DNA of 64,000 nt from Pseudomonadota bacterium (GTDB lineage: Bacteria > Pseudomonadota > Alphaproteobacteria > Rhizobiales > MH13). Position 1 is the first letter of the stretch. Each line of letters opens with the position of its first letter. Under the pieces are notes generated by a model. It ran no database searches. It was not told the origin of the DNA and saw only the letters and a list, made by a program, of their open reading frames with translations. The position numbers were made by a program, and so were the translations under genes. The stretch covers positions 258,380 to 322,379 of the forward strand of contig JBCCAF010000004.1 of the NCBI GenBank assembly GCA_039814945.1, written 5' to 3'. Below, in pieces: positions 1 to 10,432 of this stretch.

Positions 1-298
1 CGCCCGCTAAGGGCGATTCATTAAACGATGTGCCGCCAAAACAGTGGCTGCTTTGCGGCGCATCATTGCATTGTGGGCGTTGTGTCTCACAAAGGTTCGA
101 CCGGGGCAATTGATTGAAAGGCCCGAAAAGCCTTTGTTTGGTATTGCCGCAAAGGCGCATGACCTATGCAAGATGCGATCTTGTCATTGTACAGGCTGCT
201 AGAGCATGGTGAATGAAGCGTTAAGGGAACAAGGGTGCAAACCCGGTTTGGCGGTGATCGTCACCTTGGCTGGCGGGACATAAGGAAACGATCTGGCG

Positions 299-2506
299 AT
301 GGCGCAGACAGGCGACAGCACACCTTCAAAAGGCCGAGCGGCAAAAACAGCGCAGGCCAAGCGTGGCACAACCAAACGCGCGCCAGCTAGAAAGGCTGCA
401 ACTGGCAAAGCCGCCGAGTCGTCGGAGCCGAAGACCCGAACACGTTCGACACGCGCGGCCCAAACGACTCGAAAGCCCGCCACAAAGGCTTCAACAACAG
501 CGTCAAAAGCAGCAAATCCAAAAACTGCTGCACCTAAAGCCACCAAAGCGCCAGCACGGAAGACCACAGCAAAGGTTGCGGTTCGCGCCTCAACTAAGTC
601 GTCCGCCGCCAAAACCGCCAAGCCTATGCAAGCGGTGGTAACACCGGACAAGCCTGTCACACCGCCGACACCGGAAGCGCCTGCTCAAACCAAACGGCGC
701 GCCGCCGAACCTGACGAACGGCCACTGGAAGACTATTCCATCAACGACCCGGAAGCGTTTGCTGAGAACCTTGGTAAGTTCGTTGAGCAATCAGGCCGGG
801 TGTGGGCAGCCTATCTAAAGCCACGCGAAGAAGGCGAAGTGCGCGCCGTGCAGGCTGACGAGATGGGTGAGGTTGTTAAGACCTTGAGTCAGGTTTCTGA
901 ATATTGGCTCTCTGATCCCAAGCGCCTTTTGGAAGCGCAAACAAGGCTTTGGTCCGGTTTCTTTGATCTCTGGACAGGGTCGATGGCACGCGTGTCGGGT
1001 GAAGAAACAACACCGGTGGTTGAGCCGGATTCGCGCGACCGCCGGTTTAAAGACCCTGAATGGTCGCGCAATCAGTTCTTCGACACGCTGAAGCAGGCCT
1101 ATCTGCTGATTTCCAACTGGGCCGACGATCTGGTGGACGAGGCGAGCGACCTTGATCCGCACACCAAGCATAAAGCGCAGTTTTATGTGAAGCAGATCGC
1201 CAGTGCGCTGGCACCAACCAATTTTGTCGGCACCAACCCAGAGCTCATCAAAGAGACGCTCGCCAGCAATGGCGAGAACCTGGTGCGCGGCCTTTCTATG
1301 CTCGCGGAAGACCTTCAAGAGGGTCATGGCGACCTGAAAGTGCGCATGACCGATACGCGCAAATTCAAGGTCGGCGAGAATATGGCCACCACGCCCGGCA
1401 AGGTGGTGATGCGCAATGATGTGTGCGAGCTGATCCAGTACACGCCGACCACCGACACCGTGCTGAAGCGACCCTTGCTGATGGTGCCGCCCTGGATCAA
1501 CAAATTCTATATTCTCGATCTCAACCCGCAAAAGAGCTTTATCAAATGGGCGGTAGCGCAGGGACACACCGTTTTTGTGGTCTCCTGGATAAACCCAGAC
1601 GCGACGCAGGCCCAAAAGGGCTTTGAGAACTATATGCGCGAGGGGATTATGGAATCCCTGACCGCCATAGAAGACATCACCGGCGAGCGACAGGTGAATG
1701 CCGCTGGTTACTGTGTTGGCGGCACGCTGCTCTCTGTGACCTTGGCCTATATGGCGGCGACCAATGATGATCGCATTGCCTCCGCCACGCTGTTCACCAC
1801 GCAGGTGGATTTCACCCATGCTGGCGACTTGAAGGTATTCGTGGACGAAGAGCAGTTGAAAGTCATGGAAGAGCAGATGGCCCGCAAAGGCTATCTGGAC
1901 GGCAAGAAAATGTCGTCGGCTTTCAACATGCTGCGCGCCAATGATCTGATCTGGCCATACGTCATCAACAACTACCTAAAGGGCAAGGACCCGCTGCCCT
2001 TCGATCTGCTTTACTGGAACTCTGATTCCACGCGCATGCCGGCAGCCAACCATCTGTTTTATCTGCGTAATTGCTATCTGGAAAACACGCTGTCGCGTGG
2101 CAAGATGGTGCTGGATGATGTGAAGCTGGACTTGGCCGATGTCACCGTACCGGTCTACAATCTGGCAACGCGCGAGGACCATATCGCGCCACCGCAATCG
2201 GTCTTTCTTGGCTCGCAATTCTTTGGCGGCGATGTGCGTTTTGTGCTTTCAGGCTCAGGGCATATTGCCGGTGTGATCAACCCGCCCGACAAGAACAAGT
2301 ATCAGTTTTGGACCGGCGCTGAACCACGCGGGCGCTACGAGGATTGGGTTGCCAAGGCTGGCGAAACGCCCGGCTCGTGGTGGCCGGATTGGCAAGCGTG
2401 GACCGAAGCCTTGGACGGTGAGCGCGTGAAACCACCGAAAACGGGTTCCAAGTCCTATCCTGAACTGATGGATGCGCCAGGCAGCTATGTGCTGATCAAG
2501 GCCTAG
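299..2506 (+). CDS. phaC: Class I poly(3-hydroxyalkanoate) synthase with long basic low-complexity N-terminal extension
   Basis: Lipase-like box GYCVGG (catalytic Cys), [23 protein letters not shown] (Asp), SGHIAG (His), GSWWPDW; AAGGA at 282-286 upstream of ATG 299. Confidence 0.96.
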   Translation: MAQTGDSTPSKGRAAKTAQAKRGTTKRAPARKAATGKAAESSEPKTRTRSTRAAQTTRKPATKASTTASKAANPKTAAPKATKAPARKTTAKVAVRASTKSSAAKTAKPMQAVVTPDKPVTPPTPEAPAQTKRRAAEPDERPLEDYSINDPEAFAENLGKFVEQSGRVWAAYLKPREEGEVRAVQADEMGEVVKTLSQVSEYWLSDPKRLLEAQTRLWSGFFDLWTGSMARVSGEETTPVVEPDSRDRRFKDPEWSRNQFFDTLKQAYLLISNWADDLVDEASDLDPHTKHKAQFYVKQIASALAPTNFVGTNPELIKETLASNGENLVRGLSMLAEDLQEGHGDLKVRMTDTRKFKVGENMATTPGKVVMRNDVCELIQYTPTTDTVLKRPLLMVPPWINKFYILDLNPQKSFIKWAVAQGHTVFVVSWINPDATQAQKGFENYMREGIMESLTAIEDITGERQVNAAGYCVGGTLLSVTLAYMAATNDDRIASATLFTTQVDFTHAGDLKVFVDEEQLKVMEEQMARKGYLDGKKMSSAFNMLRANDLIWPYVINNYLKGKDPLPFDLLYWNSDSTRMPAANHLFYLRNCYLENTLSRGKMVLDDVKLDLADVTVPVYNLATREDHIAPPQSVFLGSQFFGGDVRFVLSGSGHIAGVINPPDKNKYQFWTGAEPRGRYEDWVAKAGETPGSWWPDWQAWTEALDGERVKPPKTGSKSYPELMDAPGSYVLIKA

Positions 2507-2559
2507 AGGCACCCCCTACAAGAAGGCTTTATCGGTACCAATTGACCTCGGGACCCGAG

Positions 2560-5500
2560 TTATTTGGCAGTCGCCTCGCGACGGGCCGTCTTGGTGGACG
2601 TGTCAGACGCTGTGGGCTCGGCATCGTCACTGTTGGACGCAGTGTCTTTGTCTTTGCTGGCAGCACCGTTTGTCCCTGCCGATTGCCACGCTGGAAGAAG
2701 CGGTTTTGGTGTGCCAATGGGATCACGCCCACTGCCGCTGCGATAACGGTCCAAGGCGCTGGGGCGTGGTCTGCCCAGCGGCTTTTTCTCTTCATCAGCC
2801 TTTGGCTCTGTCTTCGTGTCAGTCGCGTCTTCGTCCTTGGATGCGGACGACTTGCTTGCAGTGGCACTGTTGGCGCGCGACGGCGCATCAGCAGGATCTT
2901 TGGTCGGCTTGTCTTTGATGCTGTCTTTGCTCGCGTCTTGGTCGCCATCCTTGGTTACCGCGCTCTTCTCATCCGCCCCCGTTTCATTGGCGTCATGTTC
3001 GATGACAACAGCCTCGTCCTCTTTTGGCTGCTCGGACGCCTTTTTGGTGCGCAAAGGCTCTGCCGGTTTGATCGTTGGTTTTTCAACGCGGTCAGAGCCC
3101 TTGGTCGATGAAGCAGCACGCGCCGCTGACGGCGTTGCAGCAGGGCGAGCACGCGGACGTTCAGGACGGGCGGCAGGCTGAGGAGGTGGTGACGGCGAGG
3201 CTTCGGTGGCCGCAGGTTGAGCAGGCCGGGCTGGCGGCTGCGCACTGACCGAGGGGGGTGGCGACGCAGGCTCTGGTGCAGCGATGGCTGGTTGTTCAGC
3301 CACTGCAATCGCTGAAGCTTGCTCTTTCAACGCAATTTCCTGGCCAAACGAGCGTAAGAACGTCGGCACGCCAGAGGCTGGGATTGGATGGCCAAACTGG
3401 AAGCCTTGACCGTATTCGCAGCCAAGCTTGGCGAGTTCCACTGCAACCTCTTCGCTCTCGATGCCCTCAGCAACGATGTCCATTTCTAGATCATGACCAA
3501 GCGCGACGATGGCGGCGAGCACCACAGCCGGTTCCCCAGGAACCATGTCGGTGACGAAGGATTGGTCGATCTTGATCGTGTCGAACGGGAAGCGCTGGAG
3601 ATAGGCAAGCGACGAATAGCCGGTGCCGAAATCATCCAGAGACAAACCGATGCCCAGTTCGCGACACCGCGCCAAAACCTGTGAGGCGTATTCTGGGTTC
3701 TCCATGACCAGAGATTCGGTCAACTCCAGCTTCAGGGCTGAACCAGGCAGATCAGCCCGGGCGAGAATGGCACGCAGATCGTTCAACAAATCGTGGCGCA
3801 GAAGCTGCCGGGAGGAAATGTTGACGCTGGTGAAAAGGCCAGCGGCGTTGGGATCGTTGCGCATCCAGCGGTTGAGGTCGCGTGCTGCGCGTTCCAGCAC
3901 AAAAAGGCCGACGGGAATGATAAGCCCCGAGCGCTCCGCAATTGGCACGAATTCAGCCGGCGCCATGCGACCATGGCGCGGATGATCCCAGCGTAGCAGC
4001 GCTTCAAAGCCAGCAAGCTTGCGATCTTCCAGGCGAATGATCGGCTGGTAAAAGACGGTCAGTTCATCATTGTCGAGCGCCTTACGGAGATCAGCTTCAA
4101 CCGCCGCGATGGAGCGACCGTGCTCACGCAAAGAGGGCCGGAACGCCTCACAGCGGTCGCCACCAAGGCGCTTGGCATGGGCCATCGCGATTTCAGCGTC
4201 GCGCAGGCAGTCCTCAGCACCGTCAGCATTGGGATCGTAGGTGGCAACACCAATGGAAACGGTGAGATTGACCTCATCATCTCCGAACACCACCGGTGTT
4301 TTCAGCGCCCGTCGGATCTGCTCGGTGAGCCGGGCAACGGAAGCTGGCTTCTGTTCTGACAACAGCAGAATGCCGAATTGATCGCCACTGAAACGCGCCA
4401 AGGTGTCATTGGGTTTGAGCAGCCGATCAATGCGGCGCGCCACCATAGTGAGCAACGAGTCAGCCGCGCTGGTGCCAACAGCGTCATTGTGCTGGGAAAA
4501 ATGGTCGATGTTCACGACGACAAGGGTTGGGCGCGCAATCTCTTCAGCGCGCGCACGTTCGAGCGCTGTCTGCGTGCGGTCAAGGAAAAGCTCACGATTG
4601 GGCAGGCCGGTCAAGCTGTCGTGGATGGCATCGCGCAGCAGTCGTTCCTGCGTTGTCTTCATCTCGGTGACATCGAGCATGGTGCCGATCAGGCGGAACA
4701 CCCCTTCATCGGCGACCACAGGACGGGCGCGCAGTCGGAACCATTTGAAGTGCCCGTCTTCGGCGCGCATACGCAGCGTCTGATCGATACGGCCACGACC
4801 GGTTGCAACCACGGTCTCCACCACATGGCGGAAATGGTCACGCTCGCCCGGGTGGATAGCACTGATCCAGTCTTGAAACGGGCCAGCTAACGAGCCGCGT
4901 TTAAGGCCCAGAATATCTTCGGTGGCAGGTGAGGAATACACGCGATCCTTGGCCAAATCCCAATCCCAGACCAGGTCGCCGGACCCACTAAGCGCCAGCA
5001 CTTTGCGTTCAGAGTCCGACACCAACCCTTCGGCCAGCGTGCCGCCCGCAAAGGCGTGTTGCATCACCGTGAAGCCAAGCAGAAGGACGAGCAGAACCAA
5101 TCCACCGGCAAGCGCTGGCGAGACCAGATCGTTGACGATGTAGCCGGAGACGGCAAGCCATGCGGCCAGCAGCCAGGCCATAAAAACCGTCCAGCTCGGG
5201 ATCAAATGCACGGCCCGGTCATAACCCTGTAAGGACATCGGCACGATGACAAGCAGCCCACCAATGCCAATCACACCCAGGCCCATGCGCGCGATGCCTG
5301 AGGCGATTTGCGGATCGAAAACAGCCAAGCCAATCAGCGAGGAAAAGAAAGCCGCCCAAACAAGGCCAATGCGGAAGAAGACGTTGTGGACCGCACCAAG
5401 GCTCAAATAGGCGTAGATCAGAAGCACCAAAGCTGCAGCCAGAACCACTTCAGCAATGGCACGGCTAACCTGCTCATCGCCCGGTTGCAGGTCGAAGATC

Positions 5501-6192
5501 TGGTTCCAGAAGCCAAACTCAATGGCGAGATAGGCTAGCACCGCCCAGGCCACGCCTGCCACAGCAGGGAACATGGCGGAGCGTTTGACGATGAAAAGGA
5601 TTGTCAGGAACAGCGCAAGCAGACCAGCGATGCCAAGGACGATGCCCTTGTAAAGCGTGGTGGCGTTGACGCTGTCGCGATAGGCATCATCCTCCCAGAG
5701 AATAAGCTGCGGCAGGCCCGGCGTGCGTAGTTCGACAACGTAGGTAACAACGGCGCCAGGATCGAGCGTGATGCGGAAAACATCGGCCTCCTGGCTTTCC
5801 AATCGCTCTGGCGCAAGGCCTTGGCTGGGCGAAATGGCCACCAAACGCGAGGCGCCAAGATCCGGCCAGATGATCTGGCTGTTGGCAAGCCGGAAGTGCG
5901 GCGCAACCAAAAGGCGGTCGATCTGTTCGTTGGACGTGTTTGTGAGCGCAAAGACGATCCAGCTTCCATTGCCATCGCCTTCGCGTGCCCGCACCTCAAT
6001 GCGGCGCACAATGCCATCAAGGCCCGGGGCCGTAGAAACCTGAATGCGGTCACCGACATCTACAAAGCGGTCGACAGCGCGGGTTAGATCCAGGGCCTCG
6101 ACATCCAGCGGCACATTGATCGCATCAAGGGCAGCGGCCGGTGTCGTGACCAGGCAAATGAGGCTCAATAAAAGGGCATGCAGCAGGCGCAA
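2560..6192 (-). CDS. Membrane sensor c-di-GMP phosphodiesterase (periplasmic sensor + multi-TM + PAS + degenerate GGDEF + EAL) with disordered C-terminal tail
   Basis: Signal-like N-terminus after TTG start, about 7 hydrophobic segments, PAS-like WDWD..., SGDQF at the GGDEF position, EALLRW and DDFGTGYSSL EAL motifs. Confidence 0.92.
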   Translation of the reverse strand: MRLLHALLLSLICLVTTPAAALDAINVPLDVEALDLTRAVDRFVDVGDRIQVSTAPGLDGIVRRIEVRAREGDGNGSWIVFALTNTSNEQIDRLLVAPHFRLANSQIIWPDLGASRLVAISPSQGLAPERLESQEADVFRITLDPGAVVTYVVELRTPGLPQLILWEDDAYRDSVNATTLYKGIVLGIAGLLALFLTILFIVKRSAMFPAVAGVAWAVLAYLAIEFGFWNQIFDLQPGDEQVSRAIAEVVLAAALVLLIYAYLSLGAVHNVFFRIGLVWAAFFSSLIGLAVFDPQIASGIARMGLGVIGIGGLLVIVPMSLQGYDRAVHLIPSWTVFMAWLLAAWLAVSGYIVNDLVSPALAGGLVLLVLLLGFTVMQHAFAGGTLAEGLVSDSERKVLALSGSGDLVWDWDLAKDRVYSSPATEDILGLKRGSLAGPFQDWISAIHPGERDHFRHVVETVVATGRGRIDQTLRMRAEDGHFKWFRLRARPVVADEGVFRLIGTMLDVTEMKTTQERLLRDAIHDSLTGLPNRELFLDRTQTALERARAEEIARPTLVVVNIDHFSQHNDAVGTSAADSLLTMVARRIDRLLKPNDTLARFSGDQFGILLLSEQKPASVARLTEQIRRALKTPVVFGDDEVNLTVSIGVATYDPNADGAEDCLRDAEIAMAHAKRLGGDRCEAFRPSLREHGRSIAAVEADLRKALDNDELTVFYQPIIRLEDRKLAGFEALLRWDHPRHGRMAPAEFVPIAERSGLIIPVGLFVLERAARDLNRWMRNDPNAAGLFTSVNISSRQLLRHDLLNDLRAILARADLPGSALKLELTESLVMENPEYASQVLARCRELGIGLSLDDFGTGYSSLAYLQRFPFDTIKIDQSFVTDMVPGEPAVVLAAIVALGHDLEMDIVAEGIESEEVAVELAKLGCEYGQGFQFGHPIPASGVPTFLRSFGQEIALKEQASAIAVAEQPAIAAPEPASPPPSVSAQPPARPAQPAATEASPSPPPQPAARPERPRARPAATPSAARAASSTKGSDRVEKPTIKPAEPLRTKKASEQPKEDEAVVIEHDANETGADEKSAVTKDGDQDASKDSIKDKPTKDPADAPSRANSATASKSSASKDEDATDTKTEPKADEEKKPLGRPRPSALDRYRSGSGRDPIGTPKPLLPAWQSAGTNGAASKDKDTASNSDDAEPTASDTSTKTARREATAK

Positions 6193-6362
6193 AGAGCGGC
6201 TTCTCCCGATGGCGGTCTGATTACGTTATTGATTCAGACAAGCGCGAGTCATCATGGCGCGAAAAGACGTTCGTACCAAGGCCTGGTTCCCTATCGTTTC
6301 AAGGCCTTGTGCACAAGCGGTGTCAGTTGCCGAACATCGGCCTTTCGCCGCAGGCTGCCCGG

Positions 6363-6938
6363 TCAAAGCGGAGAGATTTTGGCAAAAAGACGGTGATCCT
6401 GCCAGCGCCCATCGATCTTGAGGTAGGCTTTGGCCAGCCCTTCTTCGTGAAAACCAACGCGCTGCAACAGGTTGATAGACGCCTGATTGTCGGGAAGACA
6501 GGCAGCTTCAATGCGATGCATGCCGAGCTCTCCGAACAAAAAAGGGAACATGGCGGGCAAGACTTCGCTCATATAGCCTTTGCCAGCATGGGAATGCCCC
6601 ATCCAATAGCCCAAACTGCACGACTGGCTGACGCCATAGCGAATGTTGGAGATAGTCAAACCACCCAAAAGGTTCACGCCATCCTGATCAAACACAAAGA
6701 ACGCATAGCCCTGCTTGTCACGGGCATCCTGAGCGTAGCGACGTAAACGACGCCGGAAAGAGGGTCGTGTGAGTTCACCGACCGGCCAGCGCGGCTCAAA
6801 GGGTTGCAAAAACGTCTGGCTTTGTGATCGCAACGCGGCCCAACGTTCAAAATCAGCCTCTTCAGGCGCTCGAACCGAGCAGCGTTCGCTCTCAAAGACT
6901 GGAGGCGATGGTTGCGAAAGAGAACGAAAGAACGTCAC
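6363..6938 (-). CDS. RimJ/RimL-family GNAT N-acetyltransferase
   Basis: FLQPFEPRW, CSLGYWMG...GKGYMSE, HRIEAACLPDNQASINLLQRVGF, WQDHRLFA. Confidence 0.9.
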   Translation of the reverse strand: MTFFRSLSQPSPPVFESERCSVRAPEEADFERWAALRSQSQTFLQPFEPRWPVGELTRPSFRRRLRRYAQDARDKQGYAFFVFDQDGVNLLGGLTISNIRYGVSQSCSLGYWMGHSHAGKGYMSEVLPAMFPFLFGELGMHRIEAACLPDNQASINLLQRVGFHEEGLAKAYLKIDGRWQDHRLFAKISPL

Positions 6939-6988
6939 AGGCAGTCAGCGTGTTGGAGTATCAAAAGCACAGTTTAGGCGTAGAAAAC

Positions 6989-8257
6989 TTACACCGGCTG
7001 TTTTTCCATTACCATCGACCAATCGGCCCAAAGGTCAAGGGCTTTGGCATCGCCCACGGCAGCCTTGGCAAACGTGCCTTGCTGCATGATCGCCAGCCAC
7101 ACGGTTTTCACATCCTGAAGACTTGTGGCTTCGATCTCTTGCTCCAGTCGTTTGCGGGGACGAAGCTCACCCAGAATGGCCAACTGACGAGCATGCCGCG
7201 CCGCAATGCCAGACAAGTTTTCAGACGCCATGGCCAGCGAGGCGCGGAACTGGCGCTTTGCTGCGATGAGCTCTTCCTCTTGCATATCATCGCCAAAGCG
7301 CAGGAGTTCTTTTTGCAGGCGTTCGATCATCAGGCCAACCGTGTCGGCAGACGTGGCGGTTTGTATGACGCCCAAGCCGCAATCACTGTAGATCATCTGA
7401 TAGGCATCGACGGCATAGGCGAGGCCCGCTTCCTCGCGGATCGACTGGAAAAGCCGGGATGTCATACCGCCACCGAGCATCTGTACCGCAAAGGCGTGCG
7501 CCATCGACCCATCTGCGCCGAACGCAGGTGCAGGCCAGGCCAGTGCCAGATGGGTGTCGAAGGTATCGCGTTTTTCAAAAAAGCGGCCCGGTGCGAACTT
7601 TGGTGCGGTGCGGGTGGTTGATTGCAAGGCGGGAAAAGCCGGTGCCAGCTCTTCAAGAGCTTGCACCAAATCGGCATGCTGCAAGGCTCCGGCGGCAGAA
7701 ATGATGATGTTTTGGGGCGCGTAGGTCCGCGCTTGAAACCCTTGTAAGCCCTCCGGACGCAGTGCCCTCACCTTCTCTTCGGTGCCCAGGATCGGCTGGC
7801 CAATGGCGTGGCCGTCAAAAGCGGCCAACCCGATACCATCGATCAGGCGATCGTCGGGCACATCCATGGCACCAGCGATCTCTTGAACCACCACATCCTG
7901 CTCCAGCGTAATATCAGCCTGGCGATAGCTCGGTGCGCACACGATATCGAGCAACACATCGAGTCCAATGCGCCAATCCTCAGCTAGCATACGCACGGTG
8001 TAGCTGGTCGCTTCGGGACTGGTCTCAGCGTTGATCTCACCACCGAGCGCTTCGATATCGGCGACCGTCTGGTAGGCCGAACGCCGCTTGGTGCCCTTGA
8101 AAGCCATGTGCTCCAGGAAGTGCGCAAGGCCATGTTCGTCAGGACGTTCATCGCGCGTTCCAGCATTGACGAACACGCCAAGCGCGACCGTTTCAACGCT
8201 GGGGCGCGTCTCGGTGACGACCGTTAAACCGGAGGCAAGCCGGGAGATATCGGTCAA
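6989..8257 (-). CDS. M16 (pitrilysin/MPP-like) zinc peptidase
   Basis: HFLEH inverted zinc motif, GGEINAETS, SRLFQSIREEAGLAYAV; TTG start overlaps thrC stop. Confidence 0.93.
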   Translation of the reverse strand: MTDISRLASGLTVVTETRPSVETVALGVFVNAGTRDERPDEHGLAHFLEHMAFKGTKRRSAYQTVADIEALGGEINAETSPEATSYTVRMLAEDWRIGLDVLLDIVCAPSYRQADITLEQDVVVQEIAGAMDVPDDRLIDGIGLAAFDGHAIGQPILGTEEKVRALRPEGLQGFQARTYAPQNIIISAAGALQHADLVQALEELAPAFPALQSTTRTAPKFAPGRFFEKRDTFDTHLALAWPAPAFGADGSMAHAFAVQMLGGGMTSRLFQSIREEAGLAYAVDAYQMIYSDCGLGVIQTATSADTVGLMIERLQKELLRFGDDMQEEELIAAKRQFRASLAMASENLSGIAARHARQLAILGELRPRKRLEQEIEATSLQDVKTVWLAIMQQGTFAKAAVGDAKALDLWADWSMVMEKQPV

Positions 8258-9675
8258 GCAGTGCCCGCCGCAATACGCGCTTTGGAGACAACAAACGCTT
8301 CAACCGCCTCTTGATCGTTTGGCACCTTCTCCATGTGCTCCTGCCGGTCCATGAGATCGGCAAGGTGCGGCGGAAGTGATGGTGCTACCCCTGTTGCGGC
8401 TTCAACAGCGGCAGGAAACTTTGCCGGATGAGCGGTGGCCAGCGTGATGATCGGTGTCGATGGATCGAGATTCTCTTCGTCGGCAACATGATGAGCGACG
8501 GCGACACCAACCGCTGTGTGCGGATCAAGCAGATAGCCCTGTTCGCCAAGAACACGTTTCATGGTGGTGGCAACGTCATCCTCACTGGCGCGGGAGGCGG
8601 AGAAATCGGCGCGCATAGCTGCCAACGCTTCACCCGGCACTGTGAACGCGCCTGACTGCTTCAAGCTGCTCATCAGGCCGCCAAGCGCGTCACTGTCTTT
8701 GCCCATGGCAGCGTGAAGCAACCGCTCGAAATTGGACGACACCTGGATATCCATTGACGGTGATGTGGTCTGGACGACGCCATCAGCCTCGTAGCGACCT
8801 GTTTCCAGGGTGCGGGCCAAAATGTCATTGGTGTTGGTGGCGATGATCAGTCGATCAATCGGCAGGCCCATCTGCTTGGCAACCCAGCCAGCAAGAATGT
8901 CGCCAAAATTGCCGGTCGGCACGCAGAAAGACACTTTGCGGTCCGGCGCACCCAAAGCCACAGCAGAAGTAAAATAGTAGACGATCTGCGCCACGATACG
9001 CGCCCAATTGATCGAGTTCACGCCAGACAGCGCAACCTGCTCACGAAACGCGGTGTGCGTGAACATGGTTTTCACGATGCGCTGGCAATCATCAAACGTG
9101 CCGTCAACGGCAAGCGCATGGACATTGCCATCGGCAGATGTGGTCATCTGGCGGCGCTGAACATCCGAAACCCGGCCATCTGGATAGAGGATGAACATGT
9201 CCGTGCGCTCACGACCCAAAAACGCATCAATTGCCGCCCCGCCAGTATCACCGGATGTCGCGCCAACGATGGTCGCACGCTGGTCACGCTCGGCAAGCAC
9301 ATGGTCCATGGCGCGGGCCAAGAACTGCATGGCAACGTCTTTGAACGCCAATGTGCGGCCGTGGAAAAGCTCCATCACCATATGGCGCTCATCAAGCTGC
9401 ACCAGCGGTGTGACAGCGGTGTGCCGGAAGGTGCCATACGCGCCATCAATGATGGTTCTTAGCGTATCATCATCTATTGTGCCGCCGACAAAAGGTTGAA
9501 TGACCTCAAAGGCAACAGCCGCATAGGGCTTGCCCCGCATGGCGCGGATTTGGTCCTGCGACAGCGTAGGGATGCTTTGCGGCATGTAGAGCCCGCTATC
9601 GGGCGCAAGGCCTGCTAGCAAGGCGTCGGCAAAGGTCAGGCGCTCAGAACCGCCACGGGTGGAGTGATACAGCAA
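8254..9675 (-). CDS. thrC: Threonine synthase
   Basis: YHSTRG N-terminus (TTG start at 9675 preferred over the longer ORF), ELFHGRTLAFKD PLP lysine, GATSGDTG, NSINWARI, PTGNFG, TAHPAKF. Confidence 0.95.
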   Translation of the reverse strand: MLYHSTRGGSERLTFADALLAGLAPDSGLYMPQSIPTLSQDQIRAMRGKPYAAVAFEVIQPFVGGTIDDDTLRTIIDGAYGTFRHTAVTPLVQLDERHMVMELFHGRTLAFKDVAMQFLARAMDHVLAERDQRATIVGATSGDTGGAAIDAFLGRERTDMFILYPDGRVSDVQRRQMTTSADGNVHALAVDGTFDDCQRIVKTMFTHTAFREQVALSGVNSINWARIVAQIVYYFTSAVALGAPDRKVSFCVPTGNFGDILAGWVAKQMGLPIDRLIIATNTNDILARTLETGRYEADGVVQTTSPSMDIQVSSNFERLLHAAMGKDSDALGGLMSSLKQSGAFTVPGEALAAMRADFSASRASEDDVATTMKRVLGEQGYLLDPHTAVGVAVAHHVADEENLDPSTPIITLATAHPAKFPAAVEAATGVAPSLPPHLADLMDRQEHMEKVPNDQEAVEAFVVSKARIAAGTA

Positions 9676-9778
9676 GGGGTGCTCGACAGATCGTAAATCA
9701 GGGGCTTCGGGATGGTGCGCGCATCTGTTACGCCACCGACGGCGCATCGTCCAGCGACCACTGAAAGAGCGAAATGGT

Positions 9779-10432
9779 ATGAACGATTTCATCGATGCGT
9801 ATTGTGAGCGTTTGGATGCCGGATTTTGGGCCGAACCCGTGAACGCGCTGACCAATGCGGCGTTTTTCATCGCAGCCTATCTCTTGTATCGACAGCTTCG
9901 GGGCACCGGCGACCACGCAGCGCTGGCGCTCACCGCCCTTGTCGCACTTATAGGCGTTGGCTCGTTTTTGTTTCACATCTTTGCCACGCGCTGGGCAGCA
10001 ATCGCCGATGTTCTGCCCATCATGCTGTTTATGCTGGCATCGGTGGCCATTGGCTTGCAAAGGCGCTTCGGCTTGTCAGGCCAGTATGGGGCGCTGGGCG
10101 CGATTGTGTTCTTCCTGTCTGGTGTGATGATAGGTTTCTCCCCGCTCGTAACCGTCATACCAGGGGGCTCCGCTGGCTACTTGCCAGCACTTGTTACGCT
10201 GGGGCTGTTTGCTTTGTTTCTGGCGCGACGGGGCGATGCGTTTGCGCGCTTCTTCCTGCTTGCCGCGCCGGTTTTTGCACTCTCCCTCACCCTGCGAACA
10301 TTGGATATGCCGCTGTGCGAAGCACTATCCCTTGGCACGCACTTCACATGGCATATGCTCAACGCCGTAACGCTCTACCTGGTAACGCGCGGGCTGATGC
10401 GTGACGGCGCTATCGGCGCGCGAGCTGAATAG
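9779..10432 (+). CDS. Ceramidase-domain (CREST superfamily) membrane hydrolase
   Basis: YCER...WAEPVNALTN N-terminus, SFLFH (SxxxH) and HFTWH (HxxxH) metal motifs, about 7 TM. Confidence 0.8.
   Translation: MNDFIDAYCERLDAGFWAEPVNALTNAAFFIAAYLLYRQLRGTGDHAALALTALVALIGVGSFLFHIFATRWAAIADVLPIMLFMLASVAIGLQRRFGLSGQYGALGAIVFFLSGVMIGFSPLVTVIPGGSAGYLPALVTLGLFALFLARRGDAFARFFLLAAPVFALSLTLRTLDMPLCEALSLGTHFTWHMLNAVTLYLVTRGLMRDGAIGARAE

Noticed and set aside
199-3111. Antisense ORFs 199-660, 815-1819 and 2542-3111
   Set aside because: They are shadow frames of phaC and the EAL gene, expected in GC-rich DNA, and have no recognisable motifs.
6277-6309. 8-bp inverted repeat CAAGGCCT/AGGCCTTG upstream of the EAL gene
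   Set aside because: It is built on a short AGGCCT palindrome, has a 17-nt loop and no U-tract; it may be chance.
9676-9870. Extended N-terminus of thrC given by the ORF track
   Set aside because: It overlaps the divergent ceramidase-like gene; ThrC homology begins at YHSTRG after TTG 9675.
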